Shown one piece after another: positions 38,273-52,939 of a stretch of 64,000 nucleotides of DNA. The stretch spans positions 150,040,001-150,104,000 of the forward strand of contig NC_042997.1 of assembly GCF_006345805.1 (NCBI RefSeq), in the 5' to 3' direction. Within the stretch, counting starts at the first letter, position 1, and the number at the start of each line of letters is the position of its first letter. Both the position numbers and the translations under genes were made by a program. The DNA comes from Octopus sinensis (taxonomy: Eukaryota). The notes under the pieces were generated by a model. It was given only the letters and a program-made list of their open reading frames with translations, was not told the origin of the DNA and did not search any database.

Positions 38273-39043
38273 TATACACGCTGGATAACCGCAAAAAGAA
38301 ACAGGTAGTTATAGGAAACTGTATGTATAAAGTTTTACAAAATATACACACGCGCACACACGAACACAGTACAAAAACACTCGTTTTAAAACATTTGCAT
38401 GTACACTCTTGCTGTCAACGAATACTCACACACACGCACACATACACAGTTATGCACATGTATGTATGTATGTATGTATGCGTGTGTATGTATGTGTGTG
38501 TGTGCGTGTATGTATGTAGTATAATTGTGCTGCTTGGACGTCTTTTCAAAGTGGAGAGACATGGAAAAGCGGACCAGGCAAAATTTGAGCCTGCTAGAAA
38601 TAGGAACCAAATTTTTTTTAATCCCTTGTTCGTGCTTTAAAAATTATATGCGAGAAAACACATGGGGGTAATGTAATCACAGATAACGACCGGGCAGTGG
38701 CAACTAGACCTATTCGTCCTGAACTTACGTAGTGTAAACAATGACGATTGCTTGACTGCTAGGCTCTAACAATGACAACAGCCACGACCGCGATGACCAA
38801 CGGCGAAAGCGTTCTCGACTTTGATTGTGACTTTAAGATGATTTCATCCATTGCCTCAATTCTATAGATTTGAGGTTGAGGGAAGGAACAACAAGGGAGA
38901 TTGCTGGTTATACCGATTCTCTACTTTTATAGTACTTATAGGATTTTAACTCAGATCCACAGAAGGGGCCTATCTAAATATCACAACGGCTATTTTTTTT
39001 TTTGTAGCTCACTATTGCCTCCCTTGTCTTTAATAATAATAAA

Positions 39044-39420
39044 TTGTTTCTACTCTAGGGACAAGGCATAAAATTTGTAGGGTGGGAGTGAGTTGGTATC
39101 ATTGAGACCAGTGCTCACCTGGTACTTATTTCATCGACCTCGAAACGCTGAAAAGCAAAACTGACCTCAATGAAATTTGAACTCAAAATAGATAGAATGA
39201 TTCTTTCATCATCCTAATATTTATTTTTAATTTAGGTACAAGACCAGCAATTTTGAAGGGATGGAATTAGTTCATTACTACTTTATTTTCATTGACCACC
39301 TAGGGCTAAAAAGCTGAGTTGACCTCGGTGAGATTTGAACTTAGGGCAGAGGGAGCGGTAGAACTACCGCTCAGCAATTTTTCCGACTCTCTAATGATTC
39401 CCCTAATTCTCCACCCAAAC
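39044..39420 (-). mobile_element. Two adjacent degraded SINE family B copies (about 39044-39185 and 39225-39420)
   Basis: CTGGTACTTATTTCATCGACCTCGAAAC...GAAATTTGAACTC and GTTGACCTCGGTGAGATTTGAACTT motifs. Confidence 0.62.
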
Positions 39421-39649
39421 AAATAATCACCTCCAACGTAAGTATAAGGCTTCATTTTTTTTTGCTATTAGAGAGGAATAGTGGATTAATTTTACTCCAT
39501 TACATGACAGGTACGTTATTGTATCGATCTAATAAACGCACTTTTAAGGGATTTACATTTCAAATTCGTGACCGATATCGATATATCAAGGGTTTCTTTT
39601 TAACTGATTTCCGTCTATTAGGCTAATTTTTTTTGTGATACAAAAAATA

Positions 39650-39975
39650 AACTGTCACCCCCACCACCATTCCCAGACCCAGCATTAACACTACTAACAC
39701 CACTAGCGTCGTCACCAGTACCAACACCACCAACATCAAGGAGATCACCGCCAACAACACCACCAGCAGCACAAACAAACCTTTGTGCATCGTTATCACT
39801 ACAACGCTACCGGAACCAACAGCAACACTATTGCCAATGTTACGAATATCAACAACATCATTATCCTCCTCCTCCTCCTCATCATCATCATAAACACCAC
39901 CATCAACAACAGCACTAACACCTTTGCGCAGCCACCCCTACTAGCGACAACAGAAACACCATCATCAACGTTAAC
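39650..39975. repeat. Degenerate (ACC/AAC/ATC)n tract
   Basis: Cryptic triplet repeat. Confidence 0.8.
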
Positions 39976-40019
39976 ACGTTAGATCCATTAAGGGTTAGGT
40001 TGTTTGATAATAGTCCCTA

Positions 40020-40740
40020 CCCATCTTGATCTCCAGACTCTCATCCACATACCTCAACAAACTACAAAACTTACTAAAATCTTTACATGGTATGATAACA
40101 GCTTGTACACACTACATGTCTTCAGTTTATATACATATCAAAATACTAAGGACAAGAAAATGTGAGAGGCATAGTTTATGTCTGCAACAAGCCTCAACGT
40201 CCACAGTCCTCAAGGCAGGTATCATACCGCTGAGTGCTACACGATAAAAAATAAATGCCTTTCCTACACATTAAGGACAGGCATAAGGAACACATACACA
40301 CAAATAATTGGGAAAGTCCCACTAAACTCAAACACCCCGTTGTGAAAAACTATCAGCAACTGGCGCAGGACAGCAATTGCTACTCTCTGATGGGGAATAC
40401 GTTACCTGGTCTGCTATGGTCACCATGGGAACATACAGGTGTAGAAGAATAGACACTGTGTCCCTTAGGATTCAGCACTGGAGATTGATGTGTGTAGTAT
40501 GGTCCACAGTTAGTCATGGTATAGATATGAATTGGATCCTTGGGTCACACTTTGTCGTTAGCTCCATCACCCGTGTGCTATAGGCCCTGTTCGATATGGG
40601 AGCTCCTGGAGTTATGCTGTACCCTACCACCATCTCCACCACACAGGGACATTACTGCCACCACTGCTGACACCAGCACCACTGCTCCAAAGAGAGTCTG
40701 TATGTGGCTGATGAACCTACAAAAAATAGCAGCTAACTCA
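40020..40740 (+). pseudogene. Heavily decayed Penelope-like element, GIY-YIG endonuclease region (tentative)
   Basis: Fragments LHIKDRHKEHI...KHPVVKNY and TLCPLGFS resemble the R..EH...PV..HF and TL.P.GLN motifs of PLE GIY-YIG C-termini. CTGATGA follows at 40708. Many stops and frameshifts. Confidence 0.45.
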
Positions 40741-41133
40741 CTACCAGATTCCACAGATTACATTCAACTGTTTTAAATGTAGTTCAGAATATAATTTGTG
40801 AAAACAAAAGAATGTTTTAAAAAATGAAAGGAAAAATGTGGGGACGGGCTCTACCGTACGTTTCTCATCGTAGATTTTTTTATTACAGCTTGGGAAGGTG
40901 AACCTCTGTCTCAAAAACAACAGCGATAAACATATACACCTACACCACATCCTCCACCACAACCAGCATCGGAAGTGATCCAAATACCAACTCCGTTCTA
41001 TATGGAATGACTAAAACAAACGGGATGAAACAGGCAGATCCAATTTGTATAATAAATATAGAAGTTTTACGCTAACACGTTGTGATCCAAATGCAATTAC
41101 TCGCATACATACATACATACATACATACATACA

Positions 41134-41164
<31 letters not shown>

Positions 41165-41499
41165 TATCGATAGAGAGAAAGTGAGAAGTGAAGTTCGAAT
41201 TCGCATGTAATTTGTATTAAAAAGATATAAGGAAATAAGCGAACACTCCTTTTAATCCGGTTTCTCTTCCACGGTTTCTATCCCACCCCCACACACACAC
41301 CCCGTTATACTTCATTAAATTAATATTAATATGAAATTATTAAAATAGTGGAATATTGAAATAGGCTTGTAGCCTTCGGGCATATATAATAATGTAACAC
41401 GCATTCATCCACGTGGAAGCACGGAAATGTTGCAATCGCCATCCCTCCCAGCTACACCGGCAGCCCTCTCCATCAATGCCGCCACCTTTACAAAATACA

Positions 41500-41789
41500 A
41501 CGGCAATCGACAGCAGCAATCATCATCATCATCATCTCCATAAACAACCAACAACTGCTCTAACATCAGCTGCAGCAGCAAAAGCAGCAGCAACAGCAGC
41601 AGCAGCAGCACCGAGATAAACAGTAGAATCACCACTATCACTACAACCTCCACCACCACCAACACCACTGCCGCTGCTGCTACCCCCACTACTACTACCA
41701 ACACCACCACCGTCACTACAACTACTACTACTACTACTTCCAACACCACCACCGTCACTACTACTACAACCACCACTATCCTCCATGCC

Positions 41790-41821
<32 letters not shown>

Positions 41822-41900
41822 CCTCACCACCACCACCAACACTACTACTACTACTACTGACAACAACAACAACAACAACACTACATCACTGTCCAACATT
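41500..41900. repeat. Compound (CAT)(CAG)(ACC)(ACT)(AAC) triplet array
   Basis: Direct inspection; source of the poly-Val/Ala/His ORFs. Confidence 0.9.
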
Positions 41901-42639
41901 CCCATCAACCTCCAAAATAGCCATTCGGTGTTAGAAATAGCAACCAATATCTCCCTGAAATTACACGCATCGTCTTAAAAGTGAAAAAAAAAAAAAAGCT
42001 ATTAGATTTTTCACATGCTTATGTGGGGGAAAAGTGGAATGGTCACGACTAGAACTCCTTTGATTATAGGCCTGCTAGTTCAGATTTGATCTGGGGCTAA
42101 ACAAACCGCTAGCATCGATGTTACAGTTAAATCACAATGTACCCTACATGACTCCGCTGTCTTCACCCCGCTAGAATACAACTGCAACTCCCTTTAGCAA
42201 TATTGTCGCGTACACTGCATACCACCCGGCAGGTATATCCCAGCTTACACAACACTACATCACATCCCATATTACAATAAACTACTACCTCACGGAAGAG
42301 ATTTTCTGAGCTGTCGCTCTCGAACCTGCTAGTAATAGCAGCTAAATTCCTTGAAATCTCTTCCCACAAAGTCTTTAAAAAGCAGAACATGTATACAGTG
42401 GAGTCGTTGATTGAAAAAAAAAAGAAACAAACAAAAACAAATAAATGAACTAAAATGATGGTGGCTATATAGCTGTTGATCAGAGTCCTGCTTGGTTAGG
42501 TCTGTCCTGGGTTTACCCAACAACCATAACAATATCATACCACAACCTTCACTAGGAGTATGCCAGGTCATATTCTACACAACACAGCATCACAACTTAC
42601 ACTATATCACACACTGAGGAAGTATTTGCTCGACCCACT

Positions 42640-42890
42640 AGAAATTGTAACCAAATCTTCCTCATATTATGCCCCGACACAATGAATATTATAAATAAAT
42701 TAAAATAAGTGAAGGGCGCATAAAATCTAATTTAGCCCTAAGATATGATACGTTGGAAAGGTGCTTTCAGTTCCTATATATATTGTCTGCAAAAAATAAA
42801 TAAATAAATAGAAGATAGACGTGATGGTCACGGTTAGGATATCTTTGATCATACATCTTCTTGATCAGAACTCATCGAGGATTAAACAGG
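42640..42890 (-). mobile_element. Copy of an old dispersed repeat (family D)
   Basis: Shares GATGGTCA(T/C)G..GGAAT.TCTTTGATCATA and/or TTTGGCTG.TATTTCTAGCA motifs with copies near 10780-10900, 19290-19320, 26450-26620, 30870-31020, 41910-42110, 42310-42360, 47070-47230, 48745-48830 and 59890-60075. Confidence 0.55.
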
Positions 42891-44114
42891 AGCCCCAATA
42901 AAAATATAAAATATTACGCCACAATCAAACTAAAACCAGTGCGAGTTTTGAACCCCTTTCAATTAACGTACTGGCTTGAAAAAATAAGGCAATAATGCAT
43001 AAACTGCTACATTGTAATGCATCTTCATTGCATGTCTGAGTATGCAGCAGTATGTGGGCCTCTGCTAGACAGACAGGGAACTATTAAATGCATGTATATA
43101 ATACATATTTTTTCGACGGTGTCTTACGCAAATCTATCTGTGAGATCAGGGCTTACTTGGTCTGGGGCCTTAACAAAGATAAAATCGCTAAGAAAAGCAA
43201 CAACGTGGTTGTGTTGGGGTATGTACGTGAGCAGATATGGTTGAGTGAATAGGAATCGTTCTACATAAGTAAAAATTAAATGGTTCTAGCTTTGATCTCA
43301 CAAATCCAACAGTTCGTTACTTCGGGCATGACGGCGAGGGTCCACCTGTCGCCAACGGGTGTGGGATACAGGAGAAAGGAGACTTTCCCAGAGATGTGAC
43401 CTTTTAAGTAACTGCTGAGGTTGTGGAACTCAGTTTCTCGCTCCGGCGGTTAAAATAAATAAATAAATAGATAAATAAATAATCAAAATTTAACTACATA
43501 TACATGCACACAAAAACACACATGCACACAAACACACGCAGTCACTCACTTTGAGTACGTAGAGGAATTCATACAAAAATCGATAAGATCCCCAGTATAT
43601 ACACTTGTGCACTTGCATACATGTATATATCTATCAACTTCTCTTGCTTTCTCCCTCATTTTCTTTCTTTCTCTCTCTCTCTCTCTCGTTCTCTTCTGTA
43701 TGCATACATATAATATATATGGTATTATTATTATTACTATATATATGGTATTACTATGGTGGTGCTCCAGCATGACCATGACTGCATAGCTGAAAAGAGT
43801 ATAAAAGATATTCGCACATACACACACACATAAATATACATATCATAAATATGTTATTATTATCACTATATATACATATATTTTAATAATAATAATAATA
43901 ATAATAATAATATATACATATACACTTCTATTATATATATTATATATTTCATTATTATAACTATATATATACTTCTATTATATATATTATATGTTATTAT
44001 CACTATATAAATATATATGTATAAGTTATCATTACATTTATATATATATATATGCATTATATAAATCATTATCATTATATATATATCATATATATATGTT
44101 ATTATTATCATTAA

Positions 44115-44152
<38 letters not shown>

Positions 44153-44628
44153 GAATATGGATTTGGAGAACTTACATAATGTAGTTAGGTGAGCTTACAT
44201 CATTTGAGTTGAAAGACAATTTTTTATATTTCAATTACAAAGATAATTTCTGTTAATTAAAGTTGCTCAACTATAATTGCTTATATTGTATGCATATGTG
44301 TGTCGAGAGAGGGAGAGAGAGAAAGAGAGAGAAGTGCGCGCAAGCACACACACTCACAGACAGAGAGATACATGAGAATGTAGTTTAGAGAACTACCGAA
44401 ACTCACTCTCTCGGCCATCTGTGAGGTCAGTCTTTCGAATATAGAGCAGCATTGCAAGCCAGCACGACCTTTCTTTTCAGAATATGGGGTTAATATTATG
44501 CTCCCAACCTCATATAAACAACAATTAGTCTGGAAACAGAAATATGACCCAGCCCATTCTTACAAAATGTTTCTTACACACACACACATGCACACACACA
44601 CACGCACACACACACATATGCATATATA

Positions 44629-44674
<46 letters not shown>

Positions 44675-44791
44675 GGCTTCGAATGTCCCGTCCTGTGGTT
44701 CTTGTGTCGTCTCTGTGGTGTTTCATGTTCTTGTCCATGTCTGTAATTATTTTTACTGTTTACCTATATATATATATATATATATATGTAT

Positions 44792-44832
<41 letters not shown>

Positions 44833-44855
44833 ATATATATATATTATATACCCAT

Positions 44856-44891
<36 letters not shown>

Positions 44892-44906
44892 GCATATGCG
44901 CGCAGT

Positions 44907-45108
44907 GTGTTTGCGTTGTCCAGCACAACCACTTGACAACCGTTGTTCGTTTGTTTTTCTCCTCACGACTTAGCGTTTCGATTTGAAGAACCCGATAGAA
45001 TAAGTACCAAACTTTAAAAAAAAAGATGTCCTATGCCCGATTTGTACTTTTAAAGACTTTAAGGAAGTACACCAGCATGGCCGCAGTCTCAAATCTGACG
45101 CAAGTAAT
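44907..45108 (+). mobile_element. SINE family A, diverged 3' half
   Basis: CTTGACAACCG...GATAGAATAAGTACC...CCAGCATGGCCGCAGTC. Confidence 0.75.
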
Positions 45109-45429
45109 ACATATACATAAATAAATGTACACACACATACACAGAGTTCTACCGGGTCTTCTTTCTCCTTCTCACTCTTCCTCTCCTTTTCTTAACAAAC
45201 CAATCGTAAAAACATGGTTCCGATGTACAGCTAGGTGTAGTGAGCCATTTCAGCAATTTAATTAGTTTGTAGAATTCATAGCGGCGTCGTTTGATTATTA
45301 GTCAACACCGCTCCAGTCCAGACGCGTGATTCGAACCAGCGACAGCACGGACCGGAACTGGTTTGTTAACTCTACAACTTGCTTCTTCCCCACCCAACTA
45401 TAAATTTGGCCACATTGGTCAGAATTTAG

Positions 45430-45665
45430 TGGCAGTTGTAGCAGAAGTAGTAGGTGTGGTAGTGGTAGTGGTGGCGGCGGCGGCGGAAGTGTCAGCGGTA
45501 GTGGTGGAGTTGTTAGCGGTGTTGGTAGTCGTAGTAGTAGTTGTAGTAATGGTAATGGTAGCGATGGTGGTAGTGGTAGTAGTATGTTTGTGAGTGGGGA
45601 TTGTGGTGGTGGTGGTAGTAGTAGTGATGGTAGTAGTAGTAGTTGTAGAAGTCGTAGTAGTAAGA
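45430..45665. repeat. Degenerate (GTA/GTG)n tract
   Basis: Cryptic triplet repeat. Confidence 0.85.
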
Positions 45666-46489
45666 GCTCCACTGAACGAGAGATAAATTTGAATTATTCG
45701 TGTAAATAGTTCATTAATGGCTAAAAGAACGCCTCACTCGAGTCAGTCATAAAATAAAGCCGATGGTTTAACTACAGGAATCCGTGGCGTTCATCATCAA
45801 GTGGGAGACTCGCCGTTTCTCCCTGGATAGAATACAAGTCTATCGCAGGTAAACTTTTCCCAGAAGCTCTATTTTCCAAATAACTACTTTTGTTCAGTAA
45901 ACAAGAATGAATCACAAACTTAATAAGATATCACATAGATGCGACGCTCATGGGAAAACACTTATACACACACACACAGAATCATATATACTTGCATATT
46001 TAAGGGTAAGTCCAAGATCCACTTCCCACGTAAGATATAAGCTCAGAGAAGTTTAAAGTCAAGTAAGTGTTTGTGTCATATATTTCTTCTATAGATGTTA
46101 CCAATGCACACATTTAATACACATACACACGCAGACGCAGGTTATAGGGAGAGTGTATGCAGACATGTATGATTGTATATGCTAGTTGAACCTGATGATG
46201 GTGAAGAGAGGCTTTTATTCTCATTTACTACCAAAATAATTTTTATCCTATAAAATATGTTATGGCTGTATGTGTGTGAGCGTATATATATATATATATA
46301 TATAGACAAACTATTGAGTGTATATATATATACAGACACGCAGGATTGGTTTTATATATATATATATATATAATATACACACAGACACGCAGGATTGGTT
46401 ATATATATATATATATACATATATCCACGTGTGAGTGGACAAAAGAAGGAAAGAGGCACTCAACACATTTTAGTAAAGTACTAAGCCAA

Positions 46490-46678
46490 CAAATCGTGGG
46501 AAGGGATAAATTGGATACATGAATTCCAGTTTTCAACTGGTACTTCTTTTGTCGACAGCGAAAGGATGATAAAACCGAAGGTGCTCCAGGCAGAATTTGA
46601 ACTCAGAACGTAAAGACGGAGGAATGCCGCTGAGCACTTTATGCCTGGCGTGCTAACGATTCTGCCACCTCGCCGCCT
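46490..46678 (-). mobile_element. SINE family B, diverged
   Basis: GAATTTGAACTCAGAACGTAAAGACGG...GTGCTAACGATTCTGCCACCTCGCCGCC. Confidence 0.8.
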
Positions 46679-47308
46679 TCGGTGATACATATATTATTAT
46701 TATATATTATTAGTTCTAACATTTAGATTCGGGCCCCATACAACTTTAAAGTTTCGTAGGCTTGTCACGGGAACCTAGCTCTATAAACTCACAAACACAC
46801 ATACACTCTCCCGAAATATCCCGAATTTATATTTACAAGTTCTCTGAAAATGTTTTAATTTACTACACACACAACCTGTATATCAACTAAACACACACAC
46901 ACACTCGATTGTGGTATTGATGATGATGATGATGATGATGATTTATCGTGCATGTTGACAAAGCTATCACATTTATATTTATTTGCTGGTTGAGCTGACA
47001 CAGCAAAATCATATTAAACGACGAGTTTTTGCTCATTCTTATCATATATAGCCCTTGGTTAACATTAATCGCAGAAGATCTATGATCAAAGCGTTCCCGC
47101 TATGGTTATTGCCCCCTGTAAATCAGATATTATCCGAAACAAAATTATCCGTTAATGTGTCAAATATCTCATTTCTCAAAAGACACTGGCGCTGGATTTG
47201 TAGAATATTTGGCTGCTATTTCTAGCATTTCAACGAATGCCTATTTGGCACATTCTCGTTTGCCGGTTATCAGTGGAATTACCCTATAAGAAAACAAATA
47301 AATAAAAT

Positions 47309-47345
<37 letters not shown>

Positions 47346-47637
47346 CACCACCACCACCGCCACCACCACCACCACAATGTGTCAGGAATTGTTCGACAGA
47401 TTAAATTGATCTCATCACTTGACCAGGGATTTATTTTATCGACCCCGGAGAATAAAAGATTTGATCTCGGCATGATTTGAACTGTGAGTGTAAAGAATAG
47501 TCTTAAATGCCAAAGGGTGTCTATACAGTGGGAGATTTCCTCTCAGGCCAGGCATCAGGAATATATATTATATATATATATATATACTTTTTCAGCTTAT
47601 ATATATATATATATATTCTATACTTTATGCAGCTTAT

Positions 47638-47680
<43 letters not shown>

Positions 47681-47704
47681 TATATATGCATGTATATACA
47701 TAAT

Positions 47705-47746
<42 letters not shown>

Positions 47747-47862
47747 CACATAATATGAATATATATATATATAGATAATAATATATATACATAATATATA
47801 TATATATATGTAATATATATATGTCTATTATGTATATATATATAGTATATATATATATATAT

Positions 47863-48090
47863 ATTTCTTTACTACCACTACCCACAAGGGGCAAACACAA
47901 GAGGGGACAAACAATGACAGACAGAGGGATTAAGTCATTACATCGACCCCCATGCGTAACTGGTACTTAATTTATCGACCGCCGAAAGGATGAAAGTGCA
48001 AAGTCGACCTCGGAGAATTTGAACTCAAACGTAACGACAGACGAATACGCTACGCATTTCGTGCGTGCTAACGTTTCTCCAGCTCGCCGC
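47863..48090 (-). mobile_element. SINE family B monomer (younger tail), indel-rich
   Basis: Single head plus a single body unit; many 1-nt indels relative to 18038-18267. Confidence 0.88.
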
Positions 48091-48169
48091 TATATATATG
48101 AGCAGGAGTGAGAGGGAAGCAGTGTATGTATATCTCTATCCACTGTATGCGTATATGTGTATGTGAGTA

Positions 48170-48232
<63 letters not shown>

Positions 48233-48951
48233 ATGTTCACCTATATTCGTATGTGAATGTGTGTAGTGTTCTGTGTTCGAGTGCATGAGAGCGCGTATGC
48301 GTCTATATCTCCGTCTGCGTATTCGTGAATCTGTGTATGTACATAATACAAAACCATGCATCGATCAATATATATTCCAGTTATTTCATTGTTGATATTC
48401 TCTTTGCTGTTTCTGTGTTAATGGTTGAAGAAGTTGCCAATAATGTACGAATGCTGAAAAATCAAAGCTCAGCACAATATCACAGCATGTTTTATAGATG
48501 TACACCTATGTACGTTTGATTATAGACTGATCTCGTGTGTGTATATTTGTATAAGCTTTATATCAGAATGCATTATGAAAGCATACAATGTGTCCGTGTA
48601 CTAAACTACATATTATATTATGTGTATAACATATCTATGTATTATGTCTATATAGTATGCATATATATACCTATAAATTATGTGTGTATTACGTGTATGT
48701 ATATACTTCTGCATTCTGCATGTTATGTATGTATTATGCATATATGATCGAGTAAAGGTATGATTAAAGAGATTCCAACTTTGACCATCACGTCTTTTTT
48801 ATATGTCTGGATACCCAGTAGCTGAATCATTATCGGAAGTGTTGTGGTAAGATTTTTAGAAAATTGACGTGCCCTTTGGCTGATAGTACTAGTGAAGGGA
48901 CCAGACGGAATTTCGCTCGTGGCTCGCATACATAGATGTATGCGTATTTCC

Positions 48952-49102
48952 TTTATTCCTTTATTCTTTTATCCGTTTCAGTCGTTTGACTGCGGCCATG
49001 CTGGAGCACCGCCTTTTTGACGAACGAATCGACCCCAGGACTTATTCTTTGTAAGCCTGGTTGGTACTTATTCTATCGGCTCTTTTGCCGAACCGCTAAG
49101 TT
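48952..49102 (-). mobile_element. SINE family A, 3' part
   Basis: CAGTCGTTTGACTGCGGCCATGCTGGAGCACCGCC...GCCGAACCGCTAAGTT. Confidence 0.85.
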
Positions 49103-49445
49103 ATATATAGATGGGGGCGAGTGTGTGCATGTGTGTATATATTTCTCTTAGGCATTCTGAAACGAATAACCTGGTGTAGAACTCAGTTATACATCGGAAT
49201 GAAGTTTTGTACGAGTACAGAGCGGTAATAGAAAATTAGACGACAAAGGAATAACCAATGATCTAATGAACTTCGTTAGATAATTGCTTTATCCTTTGTC
49301 GTCTAATTCACTTATGTAGTGAGATAGTGAGTGCTCCAGTATGACAGTAGTTCCATGTCTGAAACATACAAAAAAATAGATGTGTGTGCATTTATTTATT
49401 TATGTATGGATGTCTGTGTATGTGGGTTTGTGAATTTGGATATCT

Positions 49446-49479
<34 letters not shown>

Positions 49480-50222
49480 TCGAGGTGTTTTTGTTGTTGT
49501 TGTTGTGTGTGTACTCGTGTGTCATAAGATTTATGTAATACACAACTATTAGCAACTCTTGTACAAACAAATTTATAAATCCCAAAATAAACTACATACG
49601 GCTCATAAATATGTAGAAAACATTCTCCGTGACTCGTTGGATAAAACAGAATATGTGAGATGTTACATATATTTGTTTAAGACTAGTATCGAAATATAAA
49701 CATCGTTATGAGCGCAAATGTGTGTGTATGCGTATATACGTGTATGTGTACATAAACACACGCATGCATACACACATATACACACATATAAAATGTGTGT
49801 GAATATTATAGGTACATAAAAATGAATATACACCGAACATATATATATATAACTCAAAACATCCAAATATGTGTGTGTGTGTGTGTATTTGTGAAAATGC
49901 ATTTGTTTTTATATTTGTAATTATGGGTGTGAAAATATATGAACTCATAAATGCATACATATAGAAGGATGCATGTATATGTAGGTGAATGATTGTGTGT
50001 GACAATGTCTATCAGAAATTTACAAAGACAGAAAAAAGAAAAAAAGCATTTAATAAGTTCCACTCAGCTCCAAACGAAGTTTCGTAGTTTGGTAGACAAA
50101 CCTATCCCATCAAGTATCGAGAGAAGATGTGTGTGTGTGTGTATAAATCTTTTTGTATAGATAGACAGATAGATAGAGAGATAGATAAACTAACAGATAG
50201 ATAGATAGATAGATAAACTGAC

Positions 50223-50305
<83 letters not shown>

Positions 50306-50372
50306 CCCACCCAACCCCACCCACGAAAGCGGTGTTGTATTACATCGGTCAGATATATATTTATTATACTTA

Positions 50373-50590
50373 GGGCGGCGAGCTGGCAGAAACGTAAGCA
50401 CGTCGGGCGAAATGCTTAGCGGTATTTCGTCTGTCTTTGCGTTGTGAGTTCATATTCTGCCGAGGACGACTTTGCCTTTCAACCTTTCGGGGAAGATAAA
50501 TTAAGGACCAGTTGCGTACTGGGGTCGATCTAATCGACTGGATCCCCACCAAAAAATTTCGGGCCTTGTGCCTAGAGTAGAAAAGAATAT
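50373..50590 (+). mobile_element. SINE family B monomer (older tail) with probable TSD
   Basis: GGGCGGCGAGCTGGCAG...GGGCCTTGTGCCTAGAGTAGAAAAG; TATACTTA on both sides (50365-50372 and 50593-50600). Confidence 0.88.
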
Positions 50591-51071
50591 TATATACTTA
50601 CATATATACATACATAATTAGGTACATATACAAATAGTTTAATAAAGAGTATAAAGAATAATTTAAAGTTATACTGTATCAACACACACACACACACATG
50701 TACGAGATCGTTACCACTACACGCATATACCATTAATCATAAATACGATATACCTTTCTAAGATTCTTTATGTATACATCAATATATCAACACGTATACG
50801 TATACAGCGCATATGCAGTGATAATTTTTGTTTACTTATGAAAGAAAAAATAAACAGACATCACAAATAAGGTTAGAGAGAAGCTGATCATTGAACCCGC
50901 ATATCGACAATGCAAAATTGTGCAGGGGCTGGAGACAAACCACGACCTGTCTAATAAACATCATCTGCTCCCATTCATACATTTAGATGTGTAAAACATC
51001 GATTAACTCTGGCTTTTTATTATCTGCAGCAGAACATTCTTTGTTTAATAAACGGGTATAATCAAGTCAGC

Positions 51072-51126
<55 letters not shown>

Positions 51127-51788
51127 TAATATCTATATATTATATATATATATATCCCACGTACCTATATTGATTTGTATTTCCCTCTCGCTCTCATACA
51201 CACGCACACACACACACACATATATATAATTATTATTATCATTTTATTATCATTATTATTATTACTTAAAACATTTTTGATTCGGCTACAAGCGACTTAG
51301 GGTTTCGCAGCTTGCTACAGAAACCTGCCTCGTTCAGGTTCATACACTTATACAATATAAACATACTTTCATACTACATATACCCAGTAGCGCATAGATA
51401 CATATATATATATATATATATATGTAATTATGTGTGTGTGTGTGTGTGTGTGTGTGCACAGATACAAGTACACTTAGATTCTTAGATTACATCATATATA
51501 AATACATATACATAGAGACCCATATGCATTTATTTATGAAAAATACACATGAATACAGTTATTTGTATACTCTATGCATATGAATATCAGCAATGTAATA
51601 TACATACATGCTCTATTTCTCTCCACACATTCATCTATCCATACATACTATATATATATATATATATACACACACATGCACTTACACAGACACGGATATA
51701 GGTGTGTGTGTGTGTGTATCTATACATATATAATCATAGATGTGTAAATATATATATATATATATACATGTGAGTATATATATATATA

Positions 51789-51822
<34 letters not shown>

Positions 51823-52103
51823 TATAAATATATTGACTTATAGACATACATATCCTCGCACAACACGTATTATCGCTTCTAATGGATGCGTTATAGGTAT
51901 ATATATTATATTTATATACATATACGTATGCATATATACATGCCTGTATATACTTGTATATATGTGTGCTATATATATATACATGTATATATACATACAT
52001 ATATATACATATATATTTACTAGTATATGTGTATAAATATACACATATTTGCTCTTTCACAATGCATAAATTGTTTACGATTTCAGAAACAAGCGTAGCA
52101 GTA

Positions 52104-52142
<39 letters not shown>

Positions 52143-52560
52143 CAGTAGCAGTAGATATTTTTTTTTTTTACTTTTTTTTTTTTTTGTTGATGTTGTGAAA
52201 GTCGTGGTTGACGTCGTGTTTGATTCAGATAGTTGCCCGGAGCGCTTTGCATCAATAGAAACGGTACACTAGACTTTTCATGATTATACCTGGCAGCATT
52301 TTTGTTACAAAGCTGAAAGTTGCCAGTTCAATTCCCGCTGGGCCTTCATTTTTATACTTTGTATTCCTCTATGGTTGATAACATATCTAACAAGCATAAA
52401 TTGGGAAGGAGAAGAATGTACAGGAGGTTGGCTTGCATGGTGGAAGAGTACAGGATCACGATACACCCCTCTCTCTCACTCTCTCATAAAATCCGCACAT
52501 TTATACATACATACACACAGACATAAATATATATGTATTGTATGTCTATGTGTGCATATA

Positions 52561-52602
<42 letters not shown>

Positions 52603-52896
52603 ATATATATATATTATACAAATATCTACAAGTATATACATATATATGTATATAAATATATATACATACATATATATATACTAGTAAATATATGTCTATA
52701 TGTTTATATATATACACATATACACTAGTAATATATTTTGTGTGCGTGTGTATATATATATATATGTGTATATTTATACACATATACTAGTAAATATATA
52801 TGTATATATATGTATGTATATATCTGTATATATATATATGCACACATATATACAAGTATATACAGGCATGTATATATGCATACGTATATGTAATAT

Positions 52897-52939
<43 letters not shown>

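Noticed and set aside
38710-38850. Possible minus-strand exon with a GTAAGT donor
   Set aside because: All three frames contain stops before the donor, and the acceptor lacks a pyrimidine tract.
41413-41619. ORF with poly-His and poly-Ala resembling a transcription-factor low-complexity region
   Set aside because: Built from CAT/CAG triplet arrays that continue past the stop codon; no recognisable domain or convincing exon structure.
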